From contig NW_005434566.1 of the NCBI RefSeq assembly GCF_000315625.1, positions 68,375-132,374 of the forward strand: a stretch of DNA of 64,000 nucleotides. The letters are read 5' to 3'. The DNA comes from Guillardia theta CCMP2712 (lineage: Eukaryota; Protista; Cryptophyta). The position numbers and the translations under genes were made by a program. Numbering within the stretch: the first letter of the stretch is position 1; the number at the start of each line of letters is the position of its first letter. The notes under the pieces were generated by a model. It saw nothing but the letters and a program-made list of their open reading frames with translations. It made no database searches and was not told the origin of the DNA. Positions 40,778 to 53,499 of this stretch are shown here, in pieces.

Positions 40778-43171
40778 ATGGGCTTGAAAGCAACGGAGTC
40801 CTACAGGACAGCAGACGATCTTCATCGTGATGGAGACTTGCCCCGAGCATCGAGAGGATGGCTGGGAAGCGTGTCCTCCTTCATCGAGGAGATCCGAGAC
40901 AACGGATTCGATCGAGTCTCGCTCTGCTTCGTGCGCATGTCGAGGAACGGGAGGGAGATCGCGGAGGAATACCTCCAGCCGTGAGCGAATGGAGTCGAGC
41001 TAGGAGGGAGCTGACTGCCATGACCGACAGGTTCTCCCGTGGGCTTGCGAGCGGGTCGAGGAAGCACATCCTGATAGTAAGTGGTGGAAGGCGAGCGGGA
41101 GAGCTCGAGGTTGATACTGCTCCTTCCTCCAGTTGCTCCTCCTCGTCCTGCTGGGATTTGTGCTGGTGCACTGGATTGTTCTCAAGGACTCTAACCTGAA
41201 CGCGAATCTCGTTCCTGCCCCTGCGCTCTGTGCGAGTCAGGTAAGGGACGGTGAGAGCTGGTGGGAGGTTGACGGTGTTAGGATGACCTCTACGACACCG
41301 CGTCCCACCTCTGCAGAGTCGGGAACAAGTATGCGTTCTGGTTCTTGAAGAGGAAGGACTGGGTTCAGGTACCCTTCGCCGAATCTGAGGCCACTTGTGA
41401 TGGAGTGTGCAGTGTGCGCCAAACCTTCCTGGCTACAAGTTGCTGCAGAGGAACGCGGACATGAACGGGAACTTCTGGTACTCGTACAAGCAGTCTGCAC
41501 AGGTGGTGCTGTGACGGGTCTCGTGTGGTTGCTGATGGTGATGACGGCAGATCAAACAGTTCTACGACACTTGCATCCCCGAATGCGCCACGGACGAAGA
41601 CGTGTACGACTCGAAGAGAGACCTATGCAGGGTAACATGAGCACAAGTTTGGCCTCCCCCCCCCCTGATGACGTTTGGCAAGGTTACTGACGGGGTACTG
41701 GTGACCTGGTTGAACGGCGATGGGCAGAAATGTGCTACTGGCACGAAGGGGGAGCGAGCGATCAGGACGGCGACGGTGAAGAATGAATTGCTGCAATGAA
41801 TGATCCTGTTTGCACCTTGAACACGAACTTTTTGCTGTTTGCTCCTTGGTTGCATGCTCTCTGTCTCAGGCTGTGTTTATTGTTGAGAACTGGCCATGTG
41901 ACATTTCCATCCCTTCCTGCCCTTCCCTTGCTTGCCTTCTGCTCAACTTGTGCCAGGCGTCTCTCTCGCATGCCAACGGCTACTTCTATGCTCCTGATGC
42001 CTCGGGCAAAGTGAGGAGGCTGCTGGAATCTTGTCACTCGTCTTGCGCCAAGGGAGACGTTCTTTTGCATGATAAACGGCACTGTCAGGTGAGAGGAGGA
42101 GAGGAGAGCAGATAGAGAAGAAGAGAGGAGACAAGAACAGGGATAGTTGGTGGAGGGGAAGGGAAGGAAGCGAGGAGACGATGGGTGGAGGAGAGGGGGG
42201 CGAGGGACAGCGGTGAGGAGTGCAGGATAGCAGGAGAGGAAGCGGAACGGTGGAATCTGATGCTGACTTCTCACAGGTGATGAACAGCCTCGCTCTCAGG
42301 TTCATCTCCACGGGGGTTGGAACGTGCGATCGAAATTTGCAAGCGAGGAGGATGATTTCAACCATGGGCACGACAAGAGATGTGCAGGTCTTCGTCTACC
42401 TCCTTCTCGACCTCGCCCTCGTCTCAATCTCTCCTGTTCATGACCACCTCCTCCCTCTTTTCACCCCCTTCTTCTTCATTCCTTCTCCTCCCTCTTTTCA
42501 CCCCCTTCTTCTTCATTCCTTCTCCTTCCTCTTTTCACCCCCTTCTTCTTCATTCCTTCTCCTTCCTCTTTTCACCCCCTTCTTCTTCATTCCTTCTCCT
42601 CCCTCTTTTCACCCCCTTCTTCTTCATTCCTTCTCCTTCCTCTTTTCACCCCCTTCTTCTTCATTCCTTCTCTCGTTCACCTTCCAGGAACTCTCCCCAC
42701 ACTCCCCCCCGCCCTCTCTCACGCTGTTCCCCTCGCTCTGCTGCTGCGCATCCCTTCCATCGTCGCCGTTGTCCCTTTCCTCTCCTCTACTAAACTCACG
42801 TTGCGTGTAGGGAGCGTACATGTACCCCAAAGAGCTCGGCAACGCCATCGAGCAATTTTACTTGAGTTGTATGCAAGGTTGGAATCGCAAGGGACGGGCA
42901 GGTAAAGCCTTCTGCACCTCTCCTCTCTCCTTCTCCTCCCTCCCTCTCCTCCTCCTATCCTCCTCCCTTCTTCCTCCTCCTCCTCACCCAGCACCTGCTC
43001 TTCCTCCTTCGCCTGCTTGTTCACTCCTCGCATCCCCTGCTCTCTCTCGTCTCAACCGGCGCCAGGCATCCGCACTATCCCGCACAGCTCGGAGACTGTG
43101 GGAGGGAAACCTCTGCGAGACGACGCGAAGCAGCGGAGACAAGCTAGGGTAGGACGCGAGCATGGGAGGTG
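40778..43171 (+). CDS. Multi-exon type II membrane protein with a Cys-rich, internally repetitive ectodomain
   Basis: Exons give an N-terminal cytosolic segment, TM helix LLLVLLGFVLVHWIVL, then similar segments NFWYSYKQSAQIKQFYDTC, GYFYAPDASGKVRRLLESC and AYMYPKELGNAIEQFYLSC. Confidence 0.6.
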
Positions 43172-43737
43172 ATGCGCTGACAGTGTAAGCAGAACGAGAG
43201 GAGGTGGGAAGAAGCTGTTCTGCAGAGCGACTACAACTGAGAGAGGACAGGGCGGGAGCATACGAAGCAACAATCTTACAAGAAACAAACACAAGAGAAG
43301 AACTCACCATCAACTATCTTACGAGAAACAAACACAAGAGAAGAACTCACCATCACTTCTCATCCGCGTCCTGTCCTCCTTCGCTCTCGTTGGCCCTCTC
43401 CTCGTCCTCCTCCTCATGCTCAAGTCACCTCCTCCAGCTCTTCTTCTCCTCCCCTTCCTCTTCCTCCTACAGTACTCCATCCTCCTCCCCCCTCCCCCCC
43501 CTCGTGAAGTGGGTCCCTGCGCTCCCATTTTTGAGTCGCTTTTCCCTACTGCGCCCCCTACTGAATTTGCGCTTTTCCCCTCTTGCTACCCTGAGCATCC
43601 TCTTCCGCATCTCCCGGCCCCGCTGCAGATAGANNNNNNNNNNNNNNNNNNNNNNNNNNNNNNNNNNNNNNNNNNNNNNNNNNNNNNNNNNNNNNNNNNN
43701 NNNNNNNNNNNNNNNNNNNNNNNNNNNNNNNNNAGGA

Positions 43738-44150
43738 TCAGAGTAGAAACCCTGGTCGACACGGAGCTTGATCACTATCGCCTAGGCAGTAGTAGCCCGC
43801 CACGCACTCCAGGCAAGCTGTCTGTCCCTCTAGTGACGTGTACGTCCCTGCTACGCATGCCGTGCACGAGGTACCTCCACATGCCTGGGAAAACTTTCCG
43901 ACCTGACAGGCGGAGCAGCTCCGATTTCCGTCTTGTATCCAGGTGCCAGCCTTGCAGATCAAAAGCGGCATCGTGAATGGCAAAGAATGAGAGACAGGGG
44001 CGAAGTCCATGGCAACGGGGTAGTTGGTATTGACACCCGAGTCCCCTGCTACGTAAATCTGAATTGAAGCTGGCTGCTGTGCAGAGAATGAGTTCTGGAC
44101 TGGAAACGAGAAAGAGACGATCTTTGAAGATTCGGTGACAGCAATTGTGT
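43738..44150 (-). CDS. Orphan exon with GCC2/GCC3 (ephrin-receptor-like) Cys-rich repeats
   Basis: CKAGTW...CSACQVGKFS...CTACVAGTYT...CLECVAGYYC...PCRPG; runs into the N gap. Confidence 0.75.
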
Positions 44151-44216
44151 AGAGGAGAGGAGAGGCGTGGAGAGGAGAGGAGAGGAGAGGAGGGCAAGGG
44201 AGAAGATACTGCAAGG

Positions 44217-44650
44217 ATGAAGAAACTGGTCCTTCCTTTCATCCTCGCAGCCTCTATCCTCGCTCTGACTCCTCTGATTCTCCTGCACTCCATCGATGAT
44301 GTCAACCATAGCCGGAGCCCGGGAAGAGGAGTGGGGCGAGGAGGAGGAGGAGGAGGTGGTGGTGGTGGTCGAGGAGGAGTTATCAAGTCGAACAGGACGC
44401 CGTTGGCTGAGAGCAGCTTGTTGCATGGGGAGAAGGTTGCTGTTCGGGCGGAGGTCACGAACTCATCGGTCCATGCCGACGGCTCCTTCGCTTCCCTGCT
44501 GCAGCGACTAAAGACGCAGAAAGAAAGAGTCCATGAGGTAGCGGAGCCTGACAGAGCGAGCAAGGAGAGGACGAAGACGAAGCCGCAGCAGCTCAAAGAT
44601 TCCTCCTCCTCCTCCTCCTCCTCCTCCTCCTCCTCCTCCAACAGCAATAT

Positions 44651-44734
<84 letters not shown>

Positions 44735-47700
44735 TGCCGACTCACCAGCAAGTTTGTTCTCTGCTCTTGTACCGGAACGAGGGCAGAGGGTCGATGAGCA
44801 TCGGGTCATGCCGGCGCCTCCTACTCCAGTGGCGTCTCGCTCACCTCTCCGACACCCAGCTCATGCTCAGCCAGGCAACATGACGGGACGAGACTGCGAG
44901 GGAGGAGAGGAGGAGGAGGAGGAGGAGAAGTTCGTGCTGTGGGATCAAGGGAGAACGCGAGATCTGCGCTGCTCAATCTTCTCGCGCAGTTTGACGTCGA
45001 CCGTTGAAAGAAGGTTTGAGTATGGCAGGAGTCAGCTCAAGCTTGGCACCCGCTTCGACCCGCTCGTGTGCTACACGTACGTCAACGAGGAATGCTGGAC
45101 AACAGAGCAGGTGGAGGATGGCAGCGACTGCGAGGATGGGGGGACGGAGGATCAGTATGCGAGGGTGAGAAAAGAGAGCAAGATCCTGTGGAGGAGGAAG
45201 TCGGAGGACAAACGAACCTCCCTGTTCTACATCAGGAGGGCGATCTCGACGGGTAGAGTGGAGGAGGACGAGGACGACGAGCGCGGGGAAGATGATGAGG
45301 AGGAGGACGGGGAGGAGAAACGCGACTGGTTCTTCGGGGAGGTTGAGAGCGCGTCCGGGTGGGGGGAAAGGGCATTGAAGGCAGCGGCAGACGTGGCAAG
45401 CAAGAAAGGCTGGAAGGAAATCTCCCTCCTCCTCCATGGGGACTCTCTCGCCCAGCTAGCGAGGAATGTCGACGAACGGTTCTCAGCTCCCCTCTGCCTC
45501 TTCTCCGCCTCGTCGCTGGACGGGTTGCAGGAGTACAACCAGCGGGCCTCCTCCTCCTCCAGGCTCTCGTGCCTCGTCGCCTTCCATGCGCTGAAGCAGG
45601 AGAAGGTCAGGAGTCTGTTCGTCAGCGCGACTATGTTCGACGTCCTCGTGCTGGGAGAGCTCCCTTCTCTCTTTGACACCCTCCTGCCCCACGAGGTCCT
45701 CCTGCACCTCGGTCGGCTCCTCCTCCTCTCGCACGTGACCCTCCTGCCGGTGAAGCAGCTGCGCAGCTTGCTGTCCCTTGTCAGCGAGACGGAGAAGAAT
45801 CCGCAGCGGCTGATCGAGATGAGCGTGAGGAGGATCAGCCCCAAGGTCAAGGTCGAGGTCAAGCAGCTAAGGATGGACGTGCTGCTGGTGGAGGTGCTGG
45901 AGGGTGACCTGAGGAGGGTTAGAGTCGTTGACCTTGACAACCTGCTGTGTAAGGAGACCAGGAGCTGGAGGGAGCTCGGAGCCCCTGCCCTCCTCACCCC
46001 CTCCTCCTACACGCTGAGGATCAAGGACAGCAAGGCTCTTCTCACCCCCGAGGGGAGGGAGCACGAGCAGGATCGTCCTGCGCGCGAGCTCAGGAGGGGG
46101 CATGTCTCCTTGCAAGCTGTCATGATAGTCGGCCTGCAGCCTCAGGTCGTCTCCTCTCTCTTCTCGCAGCTGCTCCACCTTCCCTTCCCCCCATGGGCCC
46201 CCCTCCTCTCCTGGAGCTCGGTCGCGCAGCTCCAAGTCGCGCACAACCCAGAGACTTTGAGCTTCGACGTCTGCCTGTCGAGCCTTCCGGCGTTTGTGGA
46301 GCAGCAGCAGGCGAACAAAGACAAGGAGGAGGATGGTGCGTCTTCGCACAAGCGATCGGCAGCCAAGAAGTCGCAGAAGTCTGCGAAGGAGGAGGAAGTG
46401 AAGGAGGGGGATGGAGAGAAGGAGGAGGAGGAGGAGGAAGACACTGCGAAGAAGGATAGCGAGGGCGGGGAGGAGGCAGAGGTCAAGAAGAAGAGCAGCA
46501 AGGGGAGGGGGAACAAGACAACGAGCAAGAGGAAGCTGATGGGAGAGGAGGAGGAGGACAAGGAGGAGAAGCAAGAGGAGAAGTCAAAGGACGGCACATC
46601 GCTGCCGCCCCCACAGCCCATCGACATATTCTCTTCCTCCATGGTCCAGTCTTGCAACTCTCTCCTTTCTTCCCTCCTCCAGCACGTCAGCAGCAGCAGC
46701 AAGGTGCTCCTCTTCGGCTCTGAGCTCTCCCTCCTCGGCGTCAAGATTGCCTCTTCCCTCCCCGACGTTCTCGTCCTCGTCGTCCACCAGCACGAGCAGC
46801 ATGCGCGCATGCAGCGGCGGCTAGCAGGGGAGATGCGCCTGACCAACCTCTACTCCTCGTTCCTCGGCATGTCCGAGAGGACAGTGAAACGCCTCCTCTC
46901 CCTCCCCGAGCCCTTCGACGTCTGTATCCTCGGCCCTCACGTCTTTGCTGCTACGCTGGAAAGATCTCCCTCCTCCTTCTTCTCCTTCCTCTCCCTCCTC
47001 CTTCGCTTCGCCCCTTCCTCCTTCCTCCTCGCGCCTCCCTCCTCTTCCCTGCGCGCAGCCATGCAGGTCCTTCACCTCAACCTCTCAAGTGGATACGACA
47101 GCACGCAGGAGCTGGTGCGGCGGCTGGAGGAGGAGAGGCTGAACCCGCGGAGGATGGAAGTTGGAGGAGCAGGAGGAGGCTGCAGCTTCGAGCTGGTGCA
47201 GCTGACGGCGGAGGAGCTCGTGCGGCAGGTCAGGGTTGGGACGCGAGAGGCGGTGATGCGGATGAGGAGAGGGTCGACCCGCCTGTCGTTCATGGGGAGA
47301 GGGAGGGGGAAGGAGGGGAAAGAAGAGGAGGAGGAGCTCTACAGGAACCGGAGAGGGATGTCGATAGAGACGCTGCTGGCGTTTGGGATGCTCAACGAGA
47401 CGAAAGCTCTCTTCCTCCGCAAGTTCCTCTCGCTCAGCCTGCCGGACCAGCCCGTGCTGCCTTGCGATGTAGTGGTGCTGGAGGATGAGCTCAAGTTCGA
47501 TCCCCTCGACCACTCCCGGCACGTTTACGCGCGCGTGTACTCGGAGGGGAGGAGGAGGAGCAAGAAGAGGATGGGGAAGGTCAAGGCCTGCAGCTACCAG
47601 GAGGAGGCAGCGAGGACGGTGGACCCGGACCATGTCAACAGGAGTGTAGCGGCAGCGAGCACGATCGCAAGTCTCCTCTCCTCCCACCACAACTTCTCCT

Positions 47701-49032
47701 TCCTCGAGTACTCGCAGTCCCTCCCCGTCGTCTCTCAGCTCCTCTCCCCCCTCCATCCTCACAGCACCTTCGTCACCGTGCAGCAGGACGAGCTCGGGCA
47801 CCTCCAGCACGTCCTCTTCCTCCAGGAGTGCGGGCCAGCCAACGTCGTTGCCTGCAACGGAGCAGCTGCTGACGTCATCCCAAAACTCTACGAGTCTCCA
47901 GAGTTCCTCCGCTTCCAGTACGCGGAGCCGATGCAGCTGATGCTGGCAGCGGAGGAGGAGGAGGCTCTTCTGGGACAGCTCCTGTCCTGTGCCATGACGA
48001 CCTTTCTCCTCCTCCCCTCTCCTCGCCTCCTCTCCACCGCCTTCTCCCTCCTCTTCCCCTCCTCTCGCCCGCCGAGCTTCGACATGATCGTCGAGGACCT
48101 TGTGGAGGAGGCTTCGGTGCCACTGAGGACGGAGGTGGAGGTAGCGTTCCTGCAGGAGCTCGGAGGGCATGTCTTGCTGCGCGTGCGGCTGATCAACATG
48201 ACGCGGGTGGCGCATCATCACTTCGACTACAAGAAGGACGGGCACGCGCGCGTGTACGACATGCTCTTCAAGGAGAGGAGGAGAGTGCCGGCGCAGCGAG
48301 AGGACGCGTACCTGCCGGGGCAGCTGACGCTGACGAGGAGGGAAGACGAGCATTCGATCCCCTACAAGGAGCTCAGGGCGATCAGCCTGATCGCGCTGCT
48401 GCGCATGGGGCTCAACAACTACCAGAAGCGGAAGTTCTACGAAAGTTTCATCCGGATGCCGCTCTTCGAGGACATGGCGCCATGGAACATCGTCTTCGAG
48501 GGAGGCATCTTGTCCTACATCGACCAGGACACGCAGGACCAGAAGTTCGACCAGCTCCTCCCCCTCGCCTACCAGACCATGTCCGCGCTCATGAACTACA
48601 TCAGAACCGTCCAGGACTTCGGCAAGTGCAAGGGAAAGGCGAGGGGAGGCAACTCTTACGGGATCCCCTACATCTCCGACTGTGTTCGCTCCTCCTTCCG
48701 CGGGCCCTGCCCCTCCTCGGATCGCCCGGTGCCCTGGTACGATTGTTGTGCTCTCTTCCTCTCCCCTCCTCTCCCCTCCTCTCCCCTCCTCTCCCCTCCT
48801 CTTCCCTCACTTCTAACCCCTCCTCTCCTCCCTCCCCCGCTCTCTCCGTTCCTCCTCTCTCCTCTCTCCTCTCCTTCCCGTCTCACATCCTGGCAGCGGC
48901 GACCACACCTGTCGCAGCACTTTCGTCGAGTGCCTGCAGGCGCTGATGGAGCAGGAGAAGAGCCGGCAGACGAGAACTTCTATCCTCGCCGACGCCTCGA
49001 AGCAGCTCACCATGAAGCTCTCCAAGTCCTAG
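44217..49032 (+). CDS. ~1550-aa signal-anchored protein with three tandem methyltransferase-like/kinase-like modules; 2 exons, intron ~48737-48896
   Basis: 4.5-kb open exon; N-terminal TM helix LVLPFILAASILALTPLILL; last module has FEDMAPWNIVFEGGILSYIDQD; Cys-rich spliced tail PC|GDHTCRSTFVECLQAL...SKS*. Confidence 0.85.
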
Positions 49033-49216
49033 ACCTCCTTCCAAGTCCTCGCGCGTAGACGAGGAACTTCTGTCAGAGAAGAGAGAGAGGCGGGGACGAG
49101 AAAGACTTTGGGGCATGTCAGGATGGAGCAGCAGGAAGAGCGGGAACAGAAACAGCCGCAGCAGCAACAGCAGGCAGCGACAGCGGCAGTAGCAGAGGAG
49201 GAGGAGGAGGAGGAGG

Positions 49217-52200
49217 TTAGGGGCAGAGGTTTGTTACATGTACTGCATGAGCGATAAGTGAAGTTAAGCCTCCGAGGGAGGGATCAATAATGTACTTGTC
49301 CTTCAGCTGGAGGCCAGCTCAAGGGAGAGGTGTCGCGAGGAGGCGGGCTCGGACCTCACTGTCCGCGAGATCCTCCTGAGATCGAACCGCCTCCAGCACC
49401 TTCCCCAGCACGAGGGGCTGCTGAACGGCAGCTGGGTGCTGCAGCTCGAGCAGCTCGGCGAGGTAGGCGTGACAGGTCTTGGCGCAGTCCACGTCATCCT
49501 TGATGGGCAGCCACGAGACCCACGTGGGAAGAATCTGCAGCAAGTCAAACTCACGCTCACATGCTCACATGCTCTCATGGTCCGCAGTCCCTCCGTCGCT
49601 CCCTCCCTCTCTCCGTCTTCCCGTCGACCTCACATCCTCTCCCTCTCCTCCCGTCCGCCCTTTGCTCTCCTTGCTCTCCTTCCCCTTCCCGTCCCTCCCG
49701 GTCACGTTGGCGACACAAGGAGCGCTCTTACCTCTCCTGCGTTGGCTGTCTTGATCTGAAACTTGCAGATGCGGCCGACGGCATCGACCGCGTTGTCTGT
49801 TGCCTCGCCATTTCCCTCCTCCCTCGAGCTCGGGTGAGTAGCGACAGCATGTAGCACTTCCAGTGCCTGGAGGGGACGAGGAGACATCAGCTGGCAAGGA
49901 CGCAAGAGCCCCCGACCCACCTTGGGGATGAAAGGTGCGAACCCGTCGCCTCCCCTCTCCGCACAGACGGCAAGACCGAAGCAAGCTGATCGTCGGACTG
50001 CATCAGAACTACGTCAGAGTCCTGCCTTGGTCCGCGTTCACAGCCTCACCAGCGGCGTCGTCATGGCAGCTGAACTGCAAGCATGCAGCGGCGATGTTGT
50101 TGAGGTTGGAGCGAGCAACATCTTCGCCGTGTTCCATCACCTCGCACAGGCAGTTGAGAGCGGCACACTTGTGCATGTCCAGTGACTTGGCGTTAGAGAG
50201 AACTTGACCGTAGACGGGGAGGAGAGACGTTTGCATCTTGCGGGCAAACCTTGACTTGAACACCTTGAGAGCGCTGGAGATGACCTCGACCATGGTCATC
50301 ATCATCGTGTCCTCCTCCTCCTCCTCCTCCTCCTCCTCTTGTGAGGGAGAGGCAACAATGTCGTCCACGATCATCTTGATGGTCTCGCACAGCCGTGCGA
50401 GCTGCTGGTCATCCAAGGACGATGCCATGCAGGCGTCGAGACACTCAGCGATGTTGGTCAGGATGTTTTCTTGCTCGTCCACCTCGGTCTCCACCAGGCA
50501 TGCCTGCAGCAAGAACGGCCACATCTGTCCCATCAGCAGGACCAAGTCGCCCTCGCTCATCATCCCCTTCTCCATACCGGCACGAGCGCACACCAGCAGC
50601 TTCGGCATGGAGTCGACGGCTGCCCTGCGAACGGAGGTGGAGAGCTTGTAGGTGAGACCGGGAATGAGAATCTCAGAGGCTCTCTTGAGCTCGGGGAGGA
50701 AGTTCTCCTTGAGAGACTCGGCAAGGGCGGCCAGCACGTTGAAGCCGAGGGCCTTGTCCTCGAGCTCCTTGATGTTGATGCTGACTCGCATCTTGCCCAT
50801 CCCCTTGATGCTTACGATCGTCGCCTCCCCGTCCATCTCTCCCTCCTCCTGATCTGCTTCCTGCATGTCCAACTTGGGGTCCAGACCAGCGTATCCATAG
50901 ACCTGGGGGAGGAGATGAGGGAGGTACTGGAGGAAGGACTGGCCCATGCTCCTTGAGATGCGGCAGCACGCCTGGAGGAAGTAGGACATCTGAGCATCCC
51001 CCGTCTGGTTCCTCTCGTGGAAGGACATCAGCAGGTTCATGACGGCTGGGGCGTCCTTGGAGAAGTGCTCAGTGCCGACAGCATCCGCGATGCACGAGAT
51101 GCTCTCCATCGCTCGTCCGCAGAGGTCCCTGTAGTCTTCTCCCACGCTGTGATCGGAGGACGACAAGATGCTGAGCAGGCCAGGCATGAGGTGATTGTAG
51201 TACCGCACGAAGTTCTCGTTGAGAGCGGAAGCAAGGGAGGAGACAGCAGTGATGGCACACTTCTGCTGGGGGATGGAGCCCGATCCGAGGATGGACAGGA
51301 GGCTGGCAATGAGCTCGTCCGAGTACTTGAGGAGAATCTCCTCGTGCTCCTCCTCGCACTCTGCCGTGAAATCGACCAGGCACTGTCGCCAGCAGTCAGC
51401 CCAACATCACTCCCTCTCTCACCAGCCTCACCTTGGCGGCACGGGATCGTATCCTCTCATGGGAACTCGACATCAATCGCTGCAGCGAGGGCAGCACCAC
51501 GTGATGGTACTCCTCCTGTACAGTGGGGGCGAAGCAGGTGCATAGGGCAGCAAGGGCCCCAAGAGCAGCCCAGGTCACCATCTGCATACCGCCGGCCATG
51601 AACTTGTTGATTGTTTCCAGGACGTGAGGGATGTTGGAGGCGAGAGACTTCTCGGCACAGGAGAGGAGCAGCGCGAGGGCTCGCAGGGCAGAGTACTGGT
51701 GCTGCCACTTGTCTGAGTTGAGCTTGTTCAAGATGATGGAGACAACGGTGGATGAAATTCGATTTCCTCCCATGGCAAGGAAGAATCTCTCCATCGACTC
51801 TTCGCCGTATCTCACGAGCTCCTCGACTTCGTCCTTGTCTTCCTCGTCGCCGACATTCTTGTACCAATCCGCCTCCTCCTCGATCGCTTCCACCATCGAC
51901 ATCATCACCGGCAGGCAGTTCTCCGTCAGCTGCGGGATCTTTCTTGCCAGCGCCGGCTTGTTCTCCACGTAAGTAACAATGAGCTCCATGGCGAGGCTTC
52001 GCAAATCATCGTCAACTTCCGCATTCCCTGTAGAAGGATCAGCGTCGGGCATGAGACATGCGAGCACGTACCTGTGACGGCATGCGCAGACGCGAGAAGC
52101 TGTTCGATCGAGGGTTTCACAAAGCCGGGGTCTTGAGCGGTGAGGTCGATCAGAGCTGAGAGGCACGTCCTAGACTTGTCGCGGCTTCCCGACTGGAAGG

Positions 52201-52953
52201 CGTCTTGCAGTACAGAGATCATCTTCGGCAGCAGGGACTGCAACTTGGCCTGCATCTGCTTGCCCCTGGCATCACACAAGTGAGGAGCTATGCTGCTGAC
52301 TGTTGAAAGACAGATGCATCTGACATCCAGCGAGTTCTGCGGGGACAGGGCAGCTTCGAGCACGGGCAGAAGAGGCTGGACCGCTGGGAGGACGATGTCT
52401 TCGCCGATGTCGTCGGACAAGGACTTCAGGAGGTTTAGCCCCAACGACTTGGTCGTTTCTTTCACGTCATTGCAGCAGTTATAGACGAAAGGAAGGATCT
52501 CCGACCAGCCCTCTGACATCCCGTCAGCATCGACTCGCTCAAAAGGGCAGGTGGCAGGCACTGCTGAGGAGGCGATGGAGGCGACCCGGGAGATGGCGTC
52601 TGAGATGTTGCGCGCGACTGACATCTCGCTCTCTACCGTCAAACTCTCCAGCAGCTCCGACTTGATCTGCCCTCTCGTGTTCACGTCCAGCTTCGACCAC
52701 CTCTCGCTGGTGACACTCCGCCGGAACAGGACGATTGACATCTTGCGCATCTGGCATGCAGCTTCAGAGAGGTGCAAGGCAGACAAGCCCGACGATGTAC
52801 CTGAGGATCCGCCATGGTCTTCCCCATTCTGAACAAAGAGGGGATGAAGTTAAGGTCATGATCTCGGAGCTGAGAGAACTCCTGCTCTGCTTGTTGTCGA
52901 GTTGCGTTGTCACAGGACAGGAGCCTGGGAAACAGTTGCGAGAGGTCGGCCAT
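49217..52953 (-). CDS. IPO5: Importin-5 / karyopherin beta-3 (HEAT repeats)
   Basis: LLSCDNATRQQAE, RKMSIVLFRR, IKSELLESL, WSEILPF, LRSLAMELIVTYVE, acidic loop, WQHQYSAL, LCGRAMESISCIADAVG, SFLQYLPHLLP, LEDKA, SVRRAA, ATDNAVDAV, WVSWLPIKDD. Confidence 0.9.
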
Positions 52954-53499
52954 TTCTACAGCACCTGAGATGGTACGAGTCATGACATGGCGGACATGGC
53001 GGAAGATAGCAAGGAATTGTTCGTCAGGCAAGCTGACAGAATGAGGCAGAGAGGATAAGGCGGCAGAGGCTACAAAGAGGAATGCAAAGAGCATAGAACT
53101 AGCAAGGGGAGGAGGGGAGGGAGCTCCAGACTTGACAACGTTTCCAGGATGAAACATTGCATGCGTCAGTATGGAGATGGAAATGTGAGAAAACGGGGAG
53201 GGAGGAGGAGGCAGCACTCGAAGCGCAGAGTGATCTTTGGCGGGAGTAACAGTGGGAAACATAGGCGATCTGCGAGGAGAGGAGAAATGGGCACGAAGAA
53301 ACTTGAGGTGGAGAGAGAGAGGAAAAGGAGCAGCAGCAGGAAGCAAATAGCAGAGAGAGGAGAGTGGAACAGAAGCTGGAGCTGGAGCTGGGAGGGAGGG
53401 AGGGGGAAGGAGAGAGGGAGGGAGGGAGGGAGAGGGGGGCGCAGGAGCAGCGGCTATTTTCGCCATTGTAGAAGGGCGAGAGGGCGGGAAGGATCCTGA

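Noticed and set aside
47085-48353. 422-aa minus-strand ORF and other antisense ORFs in 44973-48353
   Set aside because: Shadows of the large GC3-rich plus-strand exon, with no motifs
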